Shown here: one piece after another, positions 15,396 through 30,095 of the stretch
Layout of the letters: every line of letters begins with the position of its first letter
How positions within the stretch are numbered: position 1 is the first letter of the stretch
NCBI RefSeq assembly: GCF_009914755.1
Contig: NC_060944.1
Length of the DNA stretch: 64,000 nucleotides
Origin: the human T2T-CHM13v2.0 reference genome, Homo sapiens
Strand: one strand, 5' to 3'
Translations under genes and position numbers: made by a program
The notes under the pieces: generated by a model
The model's database searches: none
What the model saw: only the letters and a program-made list of their open reading frames with translations
Told to the model about the DNA's origin: nothing

Positions 15396-15735
15396 TGATA
15401 TGGTTTGGCTGTGTCCCCACCCAAATCTCATCTTGAGTTCCCACATGTTATGGGAGGGATGCAATGGGAGGTAATTAAATGGGGGCAGGTCTTTCTCGTG
15501 ATAGTGAATAAGTCTCAAGAGATCAGATGGCTTTATAAGGTGCGGTTTCCCTGCACAAGCTCTCTCTTTGCCTGCCGCCATCCATGTAAAATGTGACTTG
15601 CTCCTCCTTGCCTTCCACCACGATTTTAAGGCCTCTCCAGGTGTGTGGAACTGTAAGTCCATTAAACCTCTTGCTTTTGTAAATTGCCCAGTGTCGGGTA
15701 TGTCTTTATCAGCAGTATGAAAATGGACTAATACA
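15396..15735 (+). mobile_element. THE1-family MaLR solo LTR
   Basis: tgatatggtttggctgtgtccccacccaaatctcatcttga...ccattaaacctct...tggactaataca; 5-bp TSD ggggg / ggcgg. Confidence 0.95.
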
Positions 15736-16609
15736 GGCGGTTTTGGAAATCTGGGCAAGAAGGTAGGTGGGGGCCAGAGGTGCAGCTAAGGAGACAGGGT
15801 TCTGTTGTAAGCTCAGCAGGCAAGGCCCTGAGGAAGGAGGGCTCTCACATCTAACAAGCAGGGGGAAGAGACAAGCATCACATCCTCACCAATGGAGGTG
15901 AGCACAGTGACCTTTCCCCTGGACGGTAGAGGACCCCAAGGCCCAGCTGGAGACTCCCCTCACCCCCTGAGGCTTATTTTCCCCCTCTGTAAAATGGGGA
16001 CACAAGTCCTGCCCAGCCTCCTGCAGGGGCATCTAATGAGGAATGAGGCTAAAAGAGTGAACCTAGAGTCCGGGTCATCCTGGACCACAACCTCAGGGCT
16101 GCTCTGGCCCCCACACCCCAACAGCCTCCCAGGTTCTAAAGTCCAATGTCCCCCATGGACCCCGCCCCCCTCAGACAGCCGAGACAGGCGCTCTGAGAGC
16201 CAAGATGTCCAAGGAGGTGGCACCTGGCAACCAGATGCCTGCTTAGCAGCTGTGGGAGGGGATGGCAGCTGGACTCCTTGGCAACCAGCCGCTGGAGCCT
16301 GGAAGCCAGGCATCACTTCAGAGGGGGAGTCCACGGGGCGGGGCTGGGGACAGAGTTTCTCAGGCTCCTTTCTAAAGCACATGACTCACAGGCCCTCGGA
16401 AAACCCAGCAGGCCCCTGAATTCCAGAACACTGCTTGTAGGGCTGGAGGCCTCTACTTTGCTCTCTGCCTGGAAACTACTTAGTGTCCAGTCACTGAGGT
16501 ATTTGCTCCCATGGCCACTCAGTCTCCTCTCTGGAAGGGAGACCAATGCCTACTATGCGGGCACACGTGAAGATTCAGCATTAACACAAAAAATCAGAAC
16601 AGCAGGCAT

Positions 16610-16790
16610 TCAGGAAGCAGCTACCCTGTGCCAGGCTCTGTGCTACGTATTTCTCCTAAGAGTCAGTGGTAGTACTGTTAATCCCATTTTACAGATGAGA
16701 AAACTGAGGCACACTCACAGGTAAAGCATCACACACAGCGAGTGGCAGAGCCAGAGACTGACCTCCACTCCAGGCCCATAACCACTCCAA
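16610..16790 (-). mobile_element. MIR
   Basis: cccattttacagatgagaaaactgaggcac core. Confidence 0.75.
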
Positions 16791-17661
16791 CACCCTGTGA
16801 TGTGCGAAAGGTCCGAGGGGTTTCTCCCGCCCCTTGGTCCAGTCAACAAGTAATTCCACTCATCAATATGAATAATAATAGTTGCTGTTGTTTATTGGCA
16901 ACTATTTAGCAACTGGGAAGTGAGCTAACGTTTATGAGCAACGGGGAAGTGAGGTAAGTGGCCCACAAAGGCACACTGGGAAGGGGGAAGTACAGCCTAA
17001 ATACAGGCTTTCTGATGCCAAAACCCGCCACACCACACGAGGCACAAATACCAGACCAGGTCTGAACAACATGAGCTGGTCATGCCCCAATTCTCTAACT
17101 CTCCAGCCTCCAGCATGAGGCCCAGGAGCCCCCGGCCACACACCACCATTCTCTTGAGGGTATGAAGGCTTTCGCTGGAATCCCAAACCCAGACAGTGAA
17201 CGGAAGGCTGTTCAACCCCAGCAACCTTCAGAACTGACCATTACGGTTGATGCTGATCCCATGCCTACCACCCAGAAGTGCCTACAGACAGGGCCTCCGG
17301 CGGAATCCAAGGCTCCCTAACATCACATCACAAATATCTGAGAACAAAACTTGACAGCTAGAGTCAGGCAGGGAGGTAAGAACCTGAAATGCTGTTGCCC
17401 TCAAGAGGTTAACAGTCTCAAGGTAGCCACAACCACACATAATGGACTCTGATATAAAGACCAAGGCCTGAAGGGTCACGGCAAAGCCAAGCTGTATGGC
17501 TTGGGGCCGGCAGCTGTACCTCTCTGAGACTCTGCATCCACATCTGTAAAATGGGCATAACGACAGCAGTACTCTGTAGTGACAAAGACCTGCGGAGAGG
17601 CTGTGGATCAAGAACTAAGAACAATGCCAAAAACACAGCTCTGACTGGAAGTGGGGTTGCT

Positions 17662-17692
17662 ATCATCATCAGCAGCAGCAGCAGCATCATTA
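17662..17692 (+). repeat. Short (CAT)/(CAG) trinucleotide tract
   Basis: atcatcatcagcagcagcagcagcatcattatc at the tail of a MIR. Confidence 0.7.
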
Positions 17693-18004
17693 TCGGGATT
17701 ATCAGTATTTCAGATCCCACAGCCAGAGGTGCCCAAGACGTCTACACCAGGGGCTACAAACACCAATGCCAACAGAAGCCATGCAAGGAAAGTGACTGAG
17801 TGAAGCTGGCCAGGAGTAGTACAAAAGGGAAGGGTGGGGACTGTGGCAAACTGGAGAGCAGACATCCATCTAAAGGGTAAGCTGTGACTGTGTTCCAATC
17901 AAATGTCGCCAGGCAAAAGTACAGCCGGATTTCTGTTTCCCTACAGAAATTGGAAAGCCATATTTTTGCAAAAAAAAGTCCTACTTTTAAAACCCTGTGC
18001 TACT

Positions 18005-19860
<1,856 letters not shown>

Positions 19861-19869
19861 TTTCACACT

Positions 19870-21235
19870 GGGTATCAGTATGGACACTGGGTTTTTCAAA
19901 TATATGTGCAGATAGAAAGATACAGAAGTAAATATAGATTGTGTAAGTGTCTATACATATATTCCTGGATACCATGGCATCCAGTAACAATGAGCATAAC
20001 TACTGCCCAGATTAGGTTTCTAAATACCATTCTCCAATTAAAAGAGCTAGGGGTCCTTAAAGAACTGGTTGATTTCCGGGCTGAGGCAGGGAAAATACAA
20101 GATGAGCCAGAATATCTTGTGGTTAGATTTCAACTAGTAAAGAAATGCTCAAAAGAGACCAGGTGCAGTGGCTCACACCTATAATCCCAGCACTTTGGGA
20201 GGTCAAAGCAGGAGGACTGCTTGAGACCAACAGTTCAAGACCAGCCTGGGCAACACAGCAAGACCCATCTCTACCATCTCTACAAAATAATGTTTTTTAA
20301 TGTTCAAAAAAAAGAGAAAGAAGAAAAAAAATAGAGGAGGCATGTCAAAAGGGCACGGGGTCAACCAGAAAGAACTCCTAATGGCCAAAGTTGGGACAAC
20401 TTGAACAACAAAATAAATAATGACAATACTGGTTTATGATAATATAAATAATGGAATGAATCAGGGAGAATTCTTTTTACACAAGGATTTTAGTTAATAA
20501 AAGTAGGAGGAGTGAAGGAAATAGAAAGCCACGACTAGAAGACCACAGTAAGAGCTATCACAGGCCAGACCCACCGGTGGATGCTAAAACTAGTGGGCAA
20601 AGGTTCAAACAAAAACAGGGTATTTCCACAGTCTCAAAGAATCTCCCCCAAAATGTCTAGTAATTACAAAGGAAAATTAGTAACCTCACCATGGAGTATC
20701 CTGGCTTTCACCATCTTAATTAAGTGTTAACATCTCCCCTTGAACATATCAACATCACATGCCCCCTGATTAAAATGCACAGAGAGGGGCACATCGCTCC
20801 TGGGGTATCCCTCCTAATTACGCATAAGCTCAAGTCCAAAGTGGCAGACAGTCTACAAAATACCTGACCAGGACTCTTCAAAAAAGTGTCAAGGTCATGA
20901 AAGGCAAAGAAAGACTGGGGAACTCTCACAGATTACAGGAGACTAAGGGGCCATGCTATCTAAATGCAACATGGTGCCCTAGGTTGGATCCTGAAAATAA
21001 AAAGAACGTTTGTAGGGAAACTAACAAAATTCTACTGAATTTTATAGTTAATAGTACTGTATCAAGATTAATTTTTTCTACTACAAAGAAGTACTTTGTA
21101 CTTAGGTAATTATACTACAGTAATATAAAATGTCAACGTAATGGGAAGCTGGGTGAAGGATGTACAAGAACTCTGTACTATATTTGCAAGTTTTCTGTAA
21201 GCCTACAATTATCTCAAAATAAAAAGTTTCTTAAA
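19870..21235 (+). mobile_element. L1MC/L1MD-type 3' UTR fragment
   Basis: ggactcttcaaaaaagtgtcaaggtcatgaaaggcaaagaaagactgggg...gggaagctgggtgaagg...gaactctgtactatatttgcaag...aaataaaaag. Confidence 0.7.
20157..20290 (+). mobile_element. FLAM / Alu left monomer
   Basis: gcaggaggactgcttgagacc...ccagcctgggcaacacagcaagacccatctcta; single arm. Confidence 0.85.
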
Positions 21236-21642
21236 GCCCTGTGCTGACCAAACCAAATCACCTACTGGCCAGACAATGCACAACTACACAAGGAATGTGA
21301 CTCATGGGCCACAATGGTGCAGCCCCTGGCCTACAGCTGACACCCCACTCCTCCCCAAAAGAAGACCCAAGAAGAACTCTGAACTTGGTGCAGAGAAGAG
21401 TCCCCAAGTCAGACACCCCCTGCCTCATCCCCCTAATTTGTTTTTCATGGCCACACCAAGAGTCTATAGCTAGAAAAGCACACAGCCTGGTTTGAACCCA
21501 GGCCCTGCCACAAACTCACTGTGGAATCCTGGGTAAGGGACTCCCCCTTCCTCTTCTGAAAACAGGGAAGGGGTCCACCTCCAGGAGCTATTATGAAGCT
21601 CAGATGAGAATGTCTAGCTATGAATTTGCTACGAATTTGCAT

Positions 21643-21744
21643 GCCCTCATGACCCAGTCACCTCCTATTAGGCCCTATTTCCTGTTGCATTAAGGATTAA
21701 GTTTCCAACAATTGAACCTTGGGGGACACATTCAAACCACAGCA
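21643..21744 (-). mobile_element. MST/MLT1A-type LTR, 5' fragment only
   Basis: Reverse complement reads tgctgtggtttgaatgtgtcccccaaggttcaattgttggaaacttaatcc. Confidence 0.7.
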
Positions 21745-21986
21745 ACATGTTACAATTGAGGAAATGGAGGCCCACAGATTTTAAATGACTTACCCTGTTA
21801 CAGATGGTGATGAATTTGTACTATACAAAAATCAGGGGAGCCAATGCTCAGGAGATTTGGACTCTGGGACCACCTGTGCCTTGACCTGGCCACAGATGTC
21901 TGGCAAGTCCTTCTCCTGCTGAGTCTCAGGGTCCTCATGGGTGACTCAGTCAACAATTAGCAAAGGAAAAAGTCAGGCTGGGTCAC

Positions 21987-22342
21987 TGATATTGTTTGGC
22001 TGTGTCCTCACTCAAATCTCATCTTGAATTGTAGCTCTCATAATTCCCATGTGTTGTGGGAGGGACACAGTGGGAGATAATTGAATCATGGGGGAAGTTT
22101 CCCCCATGCGGTTCTCGTGGTATTGAATAAGTCTTACAAGATCTGATGGTTTCATAAAAGGAAACCCCTTTCACTTGGTTCTCATTGTCTCTTGCCCACC
22201 TAAGATATGCCTTTTGCCTTCCCCCATGATTGTGAGGCCTCCCCAGCCACGTGAAACTGTGAGTCCATTAAACCTCTTTACCTCTATAAATTACCCAGTC
22301 TCGAGTATGTCTTTATCAGCAGCGTGAAAATGGACTAATACA
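21987..22342 (+). mobile_element. THE1-family (THE1C-like) MaLR solo LTR
   Basis: tgatattgtttggctgtgtcc...taattgaatcatgggg...ccattaaacctc...tggactaataca. Confidence 0.95.
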
Positions 22343-22419
22343 CCCATATATCCATTTCTATGAATATGTCCTGTTAAAGTGGTGAGAAAGTCTCATTAAA
22401 TGTAGAGGAAAGGTTTGGG

Positions 22420-23300
22420 ATGGTCTGGCTTAAAATAATGGCCGGCCAGGGAAGGTCTTCTGAGAAGGGAAAATTTGAGCACAGAACTGAAAGCATGATG
22501 AGGAGACCAAGCCAGGGGCAGATCTGGGGAAAGGACTTCCCAGGTAGAGGAAACAGCACAGGCAAGAACCTAGAGGCCGGGCTGTGTTTAGAGGGTCCAT
22601 GGAGCAGCAGGCTCAATAAAGGATTCTCGCTCTCACTGCAGTGTGATGAGGAGTCCCAGGAGGGGCATCACAAGGGAGAAGAAGTGAACAGGCGAGTGTC
22701 ATAGTCTAAGGTGGGGTTAGCAAGATCGCTCTGGTTGCTGTGGACAAAAAGGACTGTAGGAGGTGACGGGGCTACAGCAACAGGCCAAGCAAAAGAGGAG
22801 AAGGCCTTAAACCAGAGTGCTGGTTAACAGCACAGCCTCCGGAACCAGGTTGCCTGGGTTTACACAGCGCTGCCACTCACCAGCTGCGTGACCTTGGGCA
22901 AGAGACTTCACCTCTCCGAACTTCAACATCCTCATTTGTGAAATGAAAAAGAAGGATACATGCCTGATATGGTTGAATGAAGACTAAAGAAAATACCATT
23001 TGTAAAGTGTGTGAAAGAGGAAATGTCTGTTAGATGGGGTGGTGGCAGAGAGGGTAGTGAGGATGAGAGGCTTGGAAGGCAGAACAATGAGACTGGCCAC
23101 TGGATGGGATGGTGAGACAGAAACAGAGGATGGAGAGTGACTCCGAAGTTTTTGGCCTGAGCAAGTGGAAGAATGGAGGTGCCATTAGCTGAGATGAGAG
23201 AGAGAGGGAGGAACCAGTTACAGGGGCAAGATGAGGAATTTGGTTCAGCACATGTGTAGTTTCAGGTGTTATTTTAGATCCAAGTAGCAATGGCAAAGAG
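22420..23300 (-). mobile_element. L2 fragments with an internal MIR (~22820-23010, +)
   Basis: gggcagatctggggaaaggacttcccaggtagaggaaacagcacaggcaag; gttttggcctgagcaagtggaagaatggaggtgccatt. Confidence 0.65.
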
Positions 23301-23699
23301 ACAGTGGCCATACCCGGGTGCAATCCAGAGGTGGGGATGGTACAAAGGACACAAGTGACATCACCAGGAAGAGAAGAGGCCCACAGGTGGGGGCTGGCAC
23401 CCCCAAACCATCGGAACCCAGGAGGCAGAGGAGAAATAACAAAGGACCTAAGCAGATGTACGGGAGGAAAACCGAGAGCCCACAGCACCCTGACACCGTG
23501 TCTCAATCATACCCTGCCTGTCTCAGGAGTGAGATTGGTCTCGACTACTCAGCAGCATCTCCCAGAACAAAGACACATCTTAAAATGCTTCTTCAGTATC
23601 CACTTCACCACTACCTGTTACCCAAGTACCCCAAGGAAGAAAAGTCATTGTCTTCAAAATACCCCAAATGAGCTGGCCACTTCTAAAGTGATTCCTGCT

Positions 23700-24125
23700 C
23701 AAACAGCTCACCTGCTAATGTCCCCTCCATGTCTTTATGGATCTCACGCTCCTGAATATACCACAGTCACAACACAAGGTGAACGGAAAGCAAATCAGTT
23801 GCAAAAGGAAACTGCAAATCCTGCAAAAGATGCAGGGTTTTATGACATCAGTGAAAGTGATGCTGGAGAACCACAGCTGGCTGCCAGGCAAAGCTATAAA
23901 CAAATAAAGACCCAGGAGTCGCTGGCTCACAATGAGAGTGAAGAAAGCCCAGGAAGACCACATAAGAAGTTCCAAAGGAACTTTTCTGACCATCAGAGAG
24001 TGCACAAGAAGTCCAAAAACGGGCTCCAGGGGTTTTGCAAAATGACTCTTTATCATCATGCTATAAAGTGAAACCTTACATGAATGATGTGGCATCGTGT
24101 AATCATTTAATTTTATCAGAAAAAT
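23700..24125 (+). mobile_element. Degenerate Tigger/pogo-like transposase C-terminal relic
   Basis: Across frameshifts reads QLQKETANPAKDAGFYDISESDAGE / AKL*TNKD / KVKPYMNDVASCNHLILSEK, resembling the Tigger tail pattern (AKxxGFxDxxExDVxELL..LTNEDL..KVxR..CY..IxxEK). Confidence 0.55.
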
Positions 24126-24683
24126 TACACATACCCCCAACAGTAAAAAATAACACTTGGTTCCCTCCTTGTTGATTCTAAGAATTCATGCAATGTTGTT
24201 ATTACATTCTAAATACAGTTACTGACGGGATAAAATTCCACCTATTTTTAGGATTGTGGTTTTCTTCTTCAAAGTGAAGGACTCATCTAGACTCTACCCC
24301 CGCCACCCCACATTCTCAATATTGCTATGTTAGGGCCCATTTTCAATGAGTTCTCAGCAGCAGGCCTCATTTTGGTAACAATTATTCTGTGACAGTGAGG
24401 CCGTCCTGATCTGCACACTGCTGGACCGAAAGGCCTCCCCCTCTTCCCTAAAGAAGCCCCTTTTCTGGGGGTCAAGAAGCCGACCTGCCCACAGGAACTG
24501 GGAGCCCACCAGAAGAGAAAGGCAAGTGGGCGACTGGGCATGAAACCTTGGGAATTAAATGTCCTGGGTCCTCCTGACCCCACCTGAGCCCACAGCAGCT
24601 CCTTCCCACTCCACTGGCTGGGCAGAAGCAGCCACAGCTCCCTGTGTGTAGCCAGCAGACCCTCCCTTGTGCAATCTCATTGA

Positions 24684-25034
<351 letters not shown>

Positions 25035-26134
25035 AGATATAATTTCTATTTCGATGAAGCATATTTTTTTAAAGTGCTGATCTGCCTGTCAGCCTACTTC
25101 CTGCCTGGGGTCTCCTCTGACAAGCCCACAGGAGGTTTACCAGCAGTGGCTGCCCCGCTCCCACACCTGTGATGGGTGGCAGCCAACACCAGCCCAGAGG
25201 ACACCTTTAGGGCCCACTCATCGAAGCTGCAAAGATGCTGAGCGCCACTGGTACCTCCACTGCCATCCATTCTGCTCAAGAAACTGGCTTTGGGTGGGAC
25301 CCCCTGGTGGTGCCAAGGCTTGGCTCCAGCCACTGTGACCACCCAAGGTTCCCCAAACTCATCCACAGAGCCTGGCACCAGATAGCAGAGCGGCCAGCCA
25401 GGGCTGAGCTCAGGCCTCATCGCTGATGTTCGGACTCCAGGGACACCCCCTCTCACCCTACAGAAGTACCTGTCCCAGCTGGCCAGTCTCTTTGGGCTTT
25501 TACCTCCAACCTTCAAGATGTCACCACCTCCACCGGTGCCAGCAGCCCCTCTGCTTTCCCTCAGTAAGCCTGTGCACTCAGAGGGTTTTGATCCAAGGCA
25601 TCAGCAGGAAAAAAAAAGTGCACCAATGTCCCCAAATTCATTCCATAAATACTGACGAGCCCCCATCATGTGGCAGGCGGTGGAGACGGAGGGCACAGGA
25701 AGACAGAGCTTACCTCTAGCAAAGGGAGACAGACAACACAGCAGCAGGCAAAGCCACAGGGCAGAAAGAGCCGGGATGGATGGGCCGGTGCCTTCCAGCA
25801 GGGGGTTCAGAAAAGGCCATGAGGAGGGTCCATGAAGACAGTGGGGCCTGAGCGGGCTCATGGATCACAGCAGGAAGAGAATGGGGCTGGGCTGGACCCG
25901 AGCATCTGAGGAGCAGCCAGGGGCCAGGATGGCTCTGGGCAGAGAAAGGGGGTGAGTCGGGGAGGTGAGGTCAAACCTGGAATCTAGGCCTGAACAAAAC
26001 TCCCTGGGAGGGGTCCTGGTGGCATGCTGGGGGCGGGGGGTGGTAAGCAGCTGGACCCCCTTGGAGGACAAATAAGCAACAAATCTATTTGCCTCCTTTC
26101 AGGGCATGTAGGTTTTGGACTTTCTAAAGGGCTA

Positions 26135-26563
<429 letters not shown>

Positions 26564-26573
<10 letters not shown>

Positions 26574-26748
26574 GAGAAAGAAAGAAAAGAAAAAAAAGAG
26601 AAGAGTAGAAAAGAAAAGAAAGAGAAGGAAGGAAAGAAAAAGAGAGAGAGAGAAAGAAAGAAAAAGAAAGAGAGAGAGAAAGAGAAAGAGAGAGGAGGGT
26701 AGGGAGGAGAGGAAAGGGAGAGGTGGAGGGGAGGGAAAGAGGAGGAGG
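26564..26748 (+). repeat. Polypurine (GA-rich) low-complexity tract
   Basis: About 185 bp of A/G with only three T. Confidence 0.9.
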
Positions 26749-28299
26749 CGTGGGAAGGACAAGAGGTCACAAGGATGCGACTCCTGACCCTCCCAGCCCC
26801 CCCTCCCCACAACACACTCCAAGAACCTCTCAGAAGCCCCCTTGAGCATAAGATGCTGATGACCCTCTGGGGACCCATTCTCTGGGCCTCACTGGTGGCT
26901 AGAAACGTCCAGCAAAGGCTGCGAGAAGCGGGCTGGAAGGCCATTCCTGACACCCTCCTTCCTCACCATGGTGACGGGCGACAGTGCCCACCGCCCCTCA
27001 ACCCTGGCCCTCCCTGAGGAGGCCTGGGGAGGATTCTTCCTTTTAGCCCTGGAAACAGACCCTGACACTCGTGTCTGCTTCCCCCGATCCCAGGACGACA
27101 CGGCACTTATGAATACATAAATCTCATAATCATGTAAAAGCTGGCTCTGTCTAGTGATTTCTTTTCAAAGACATCATAAAGGTCCTTTATAAACAAACAA
27201 AAAAAAAAAAGAAAGAAAGAAAAAAGGCTGATTCCAAAACATCACACATTACAAGTGTTTGAAGGAACAGCGAATGCCCGCTGGCAGCAAACAGCCCCCG
27301 GCCAGCCGGGGTCCACAAGAGAATGTTTCAGAGGCCTGAGCACTCTCGAGCTCATTTACTCTCTCTGCTGCTCCCCACATTATGGATTTATGTAAGCAGG
27401 ACGACGAAAACCCTCGTCTTCCCCCTTACATTAAAAAAAAAAAAAGCAACCATAAAACAAAAAACAAAACAAAACAAAAAAACATTTTTGCAAGGAATTT
27501 TATAAGCTGATCTGGAGAACAGAAGAAGGACTAAGGAAACCCCTAAAGAAGTCTGGTTGCAAAATGTTCTGAAAAGAAAAAACAAACTTTTAACACAGGA
27601 ACACCCAATGATACATTTTTTAAGTCTAATTTTGAAAAATGATCAAAACACTTTTTTTCCCCAACATTACAAATTACAAGTGGCCACCAGATGCTGGAGG
27701 AGGGAAATATGGCTGTGGTTTGTTTTATCTTCTCTGTTTTTAAGAAACCTCAAAATTAGGGAAGTCACATATACACAAGCAAAGGCAAGGCAGGAAAACT
27801 GCCGATGTGGGAGCTAAACTTCACTTGCAGATGGCGGAGGCTTCGAGATTAACGCACCCAGGAATCAGCCACATCCAGCCCTAGAGCGGGGGACCATGAG
27901 AGAATGTGTGCAAACCCAAATTGAACTTGTAATTCACTTGATGGATTTAAAAGGCCCGTGGGAAGTTTTCTGTAAGCCGGGAACATTTTGCTGCTAAGAA
28001 AGCCCCACCACCCAGGGAACAGGCGGGCAGTGTCCTCGAGCCTTTTGCAGGATAGAGGCAGATGTTTGGAGATATGATGTAACCTGGGTGAGTGAATTCA
28101 TTCAAAGATGAGTCATGAAAGCAGCCCTCAAATGTCCTTCAGAAATCTCAGTAGCAGAACACAGAGCTTGGACCCAAATGCCCACCTACCACCCTCAAAC
28201 AGGAAGCTCCCCTCTTTCAAAGAAGCTCTGGCCCTGAGGATGATGGCAGGCTTCAGCTCTTTGGCCACCAGCTTCTATTCCCTCATTTTACCGTAAAGT

Positions 28300-28482
28300 A
28301 CCCTGATGCTGCTTGAAAGGTGTTGCTCATCCCCCACCTGAGGCACACAGAGCACAGGATGAAGCCAATTCTTTGTACGTTGAGCCCCTAGATCAAACTC
28401 TACCTGAAGCTGTAGGTCTAGCTTCATGGGCTATTATACTTCTTCTCTTATATGAGTCTGACTGGTTTGGGTTTTCAGTCAC
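28300..28482 (+). mobile_element. MLT1J/K-like LTR 3' fragment
   Basis: ttgagcccctagatcaaactctacctgaagc...gtttgggttttcagtcact. Confidence 0.55.
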
Positions 28483-28909
28483 TGCTATGGTTTGAAGGCA
28501 TCCCCCACATTTCATGTGTTGGAAACAAATACCCGCTGTGGCAAGATTCAGAGGTGGGGCCTGTAAGAGGTGACTGGCTCATAAGAGGCTCTGCCCTCAT
28601 GAATGAATTAATGCATTCACGGATTAACGGGCTAATGGATGAATGGGGTATCATGGGAGTGGAACCGGTGGCTTTGTAAGAAGAGGAAGAGAAACCTGAG
28701 CTGGCGTGTTAGTGTGCTCAGCCCCCCTGCCACGTGATTCCCTAAACTGCCTCGAGTCTCTTTAGAACCCCCAAGAACGTTCTCACCAGATGTGGCCCCT
28801 CCACCTGGGACTTCTCAGCTTCCATAACTGTAAGAAGAAAGTTTCTTTTCTTTATAAATTACCCAGTTTCAGGTATTCTGTTATGAGCAACAGAAGATAG
28901 ACTAAGACA
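28483..28909 (+). mobile_element. MSTC-like MaLR solo LTR
   Basis: tgctatggtttg...gccctcatgaatg...agaagaggaagagaaacctgagct...ataaattacccagtttcaggtattctgttat...gactaagaca; TSD gtcac / ctcac. Confidence 0.88.
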
Positions 28910-29629
28910 CTCACTCACACATTGAGCCCCACCATGCAAGGATTAAATAAAACCCTGACTTTAGCTAGAACCTTCAAAGTTCGGCCATGTCTACCCCTTC
29001 CAAATAACCACCAATTCAGAATGGAACAAGTTCCTCCAATGTCATGGAAGGTTCCCAGCTTCACCCAACTTCACAGTGCGATCTACCATCTGCTTCCTCA
29101 ACATCTCCATCCACCTTCATCACGGGACAACCTGCAGAGCCTCAGGCCCTGACTCTGCTCCTCACCACAGAGGTTTTCTGAGTAATAATGATGGTAATAA
29201 CAACATCATCAACAGTCAGGGCTTGCTGAGAGCTCAGGATGGGCCAGTGGGCTTGCTCTAAGCACGTTCATATGGTATCTCATTTAATACAACACCCTTA
29301 GCAGTGGGTATCATTAGTCTCCCCGTGCTACAGATAAGGGAGCGGAGTCACCTGCCCAGAGTCACACAGCTTGTCTGTGGCAGGGCCAGGCTATCAGCCA
29401 GCCCCCACGCAGCCACTTGAAATGAGTATTTTTATGTTGATATGAGTAACTATGGCTATCATATCAAAACCATTATTTCATGAACATTATTAAGCTGAGA
29501 CTATAAAGTTTTTAAAAAGGGAGGAGGTTCAGATTGAGTAAAAATATTATATAGACAATGTTGTGACTGGTATTTGAATATTATACAAATCATAAGACTG
29601 ATACTGAAATGAGTATATTGCAGGAAATA

Positions 29630-29722
29630 CTGGACGGACAGATGAACAGACGGACGGATGACAAATGGATGGACAGATGGATGGACAGGTGGGTGGGTGG
29701 GGAGATGGATGGGTGATGGATA
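29630..29722 (+). repeat. Degenerate (GGAT/GGAC)n tetranucleotide repeat
   Basis: tggacggacagatgaacagacggacggatgacaaatggatggacagatggatggacaggtgggtgggtgg. Confidence 0.8.
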
Positions 29723-29849
29723 AGGAGGAAAGAAGAAGGGAGAAAAAGAATGAAGTGAAGAAGGGGAGGAAAGAAGGAGAAAAATGGGCCTGGCACGTAG
29801 TAGGTGCTCAACCAATATGCTGAATGAACCCATTAGCAAAGAAGTAGTA

Positions 29850-30095
29850 GAGTGCTGTAGTTAAGAGTGTGGGCTTTGAAGTCAGACTGCTGGTTCATGA
29901 CTTGGCTCAGCCTTTCCTCGCTGAGGAACCCTGGGCATGTGACAAAACCTCTCTGTGCCCCAGTCTCCTGGACTGTGAAATGGGACAATAGGAACACTTC
30001 CATCAAGGCAGCCAGAAGAAATAAGTCAGTTAATGAATGCAGAATGCTCAGGACACAGCCGGATGCATCCTAAGTGCTTGGTAAGTGTCAGCTAA
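29850..30095 (+). mobile_element. MIR, near full length
   Basis: gtagttaagagtgtgggctttgaagtcagactg...cctctctgtgccccagtctcc...tgtgaaatggg...taagtgcttggtaagtgtcagct. Confidence 0.8.

Noticed and set aside
23304-24071. 255-aa ORF as a protein-coding gene
   Set aside because: Non-ATG start; the transposase-like similarity is split across frames, so it is a fossil rather than a CDS.
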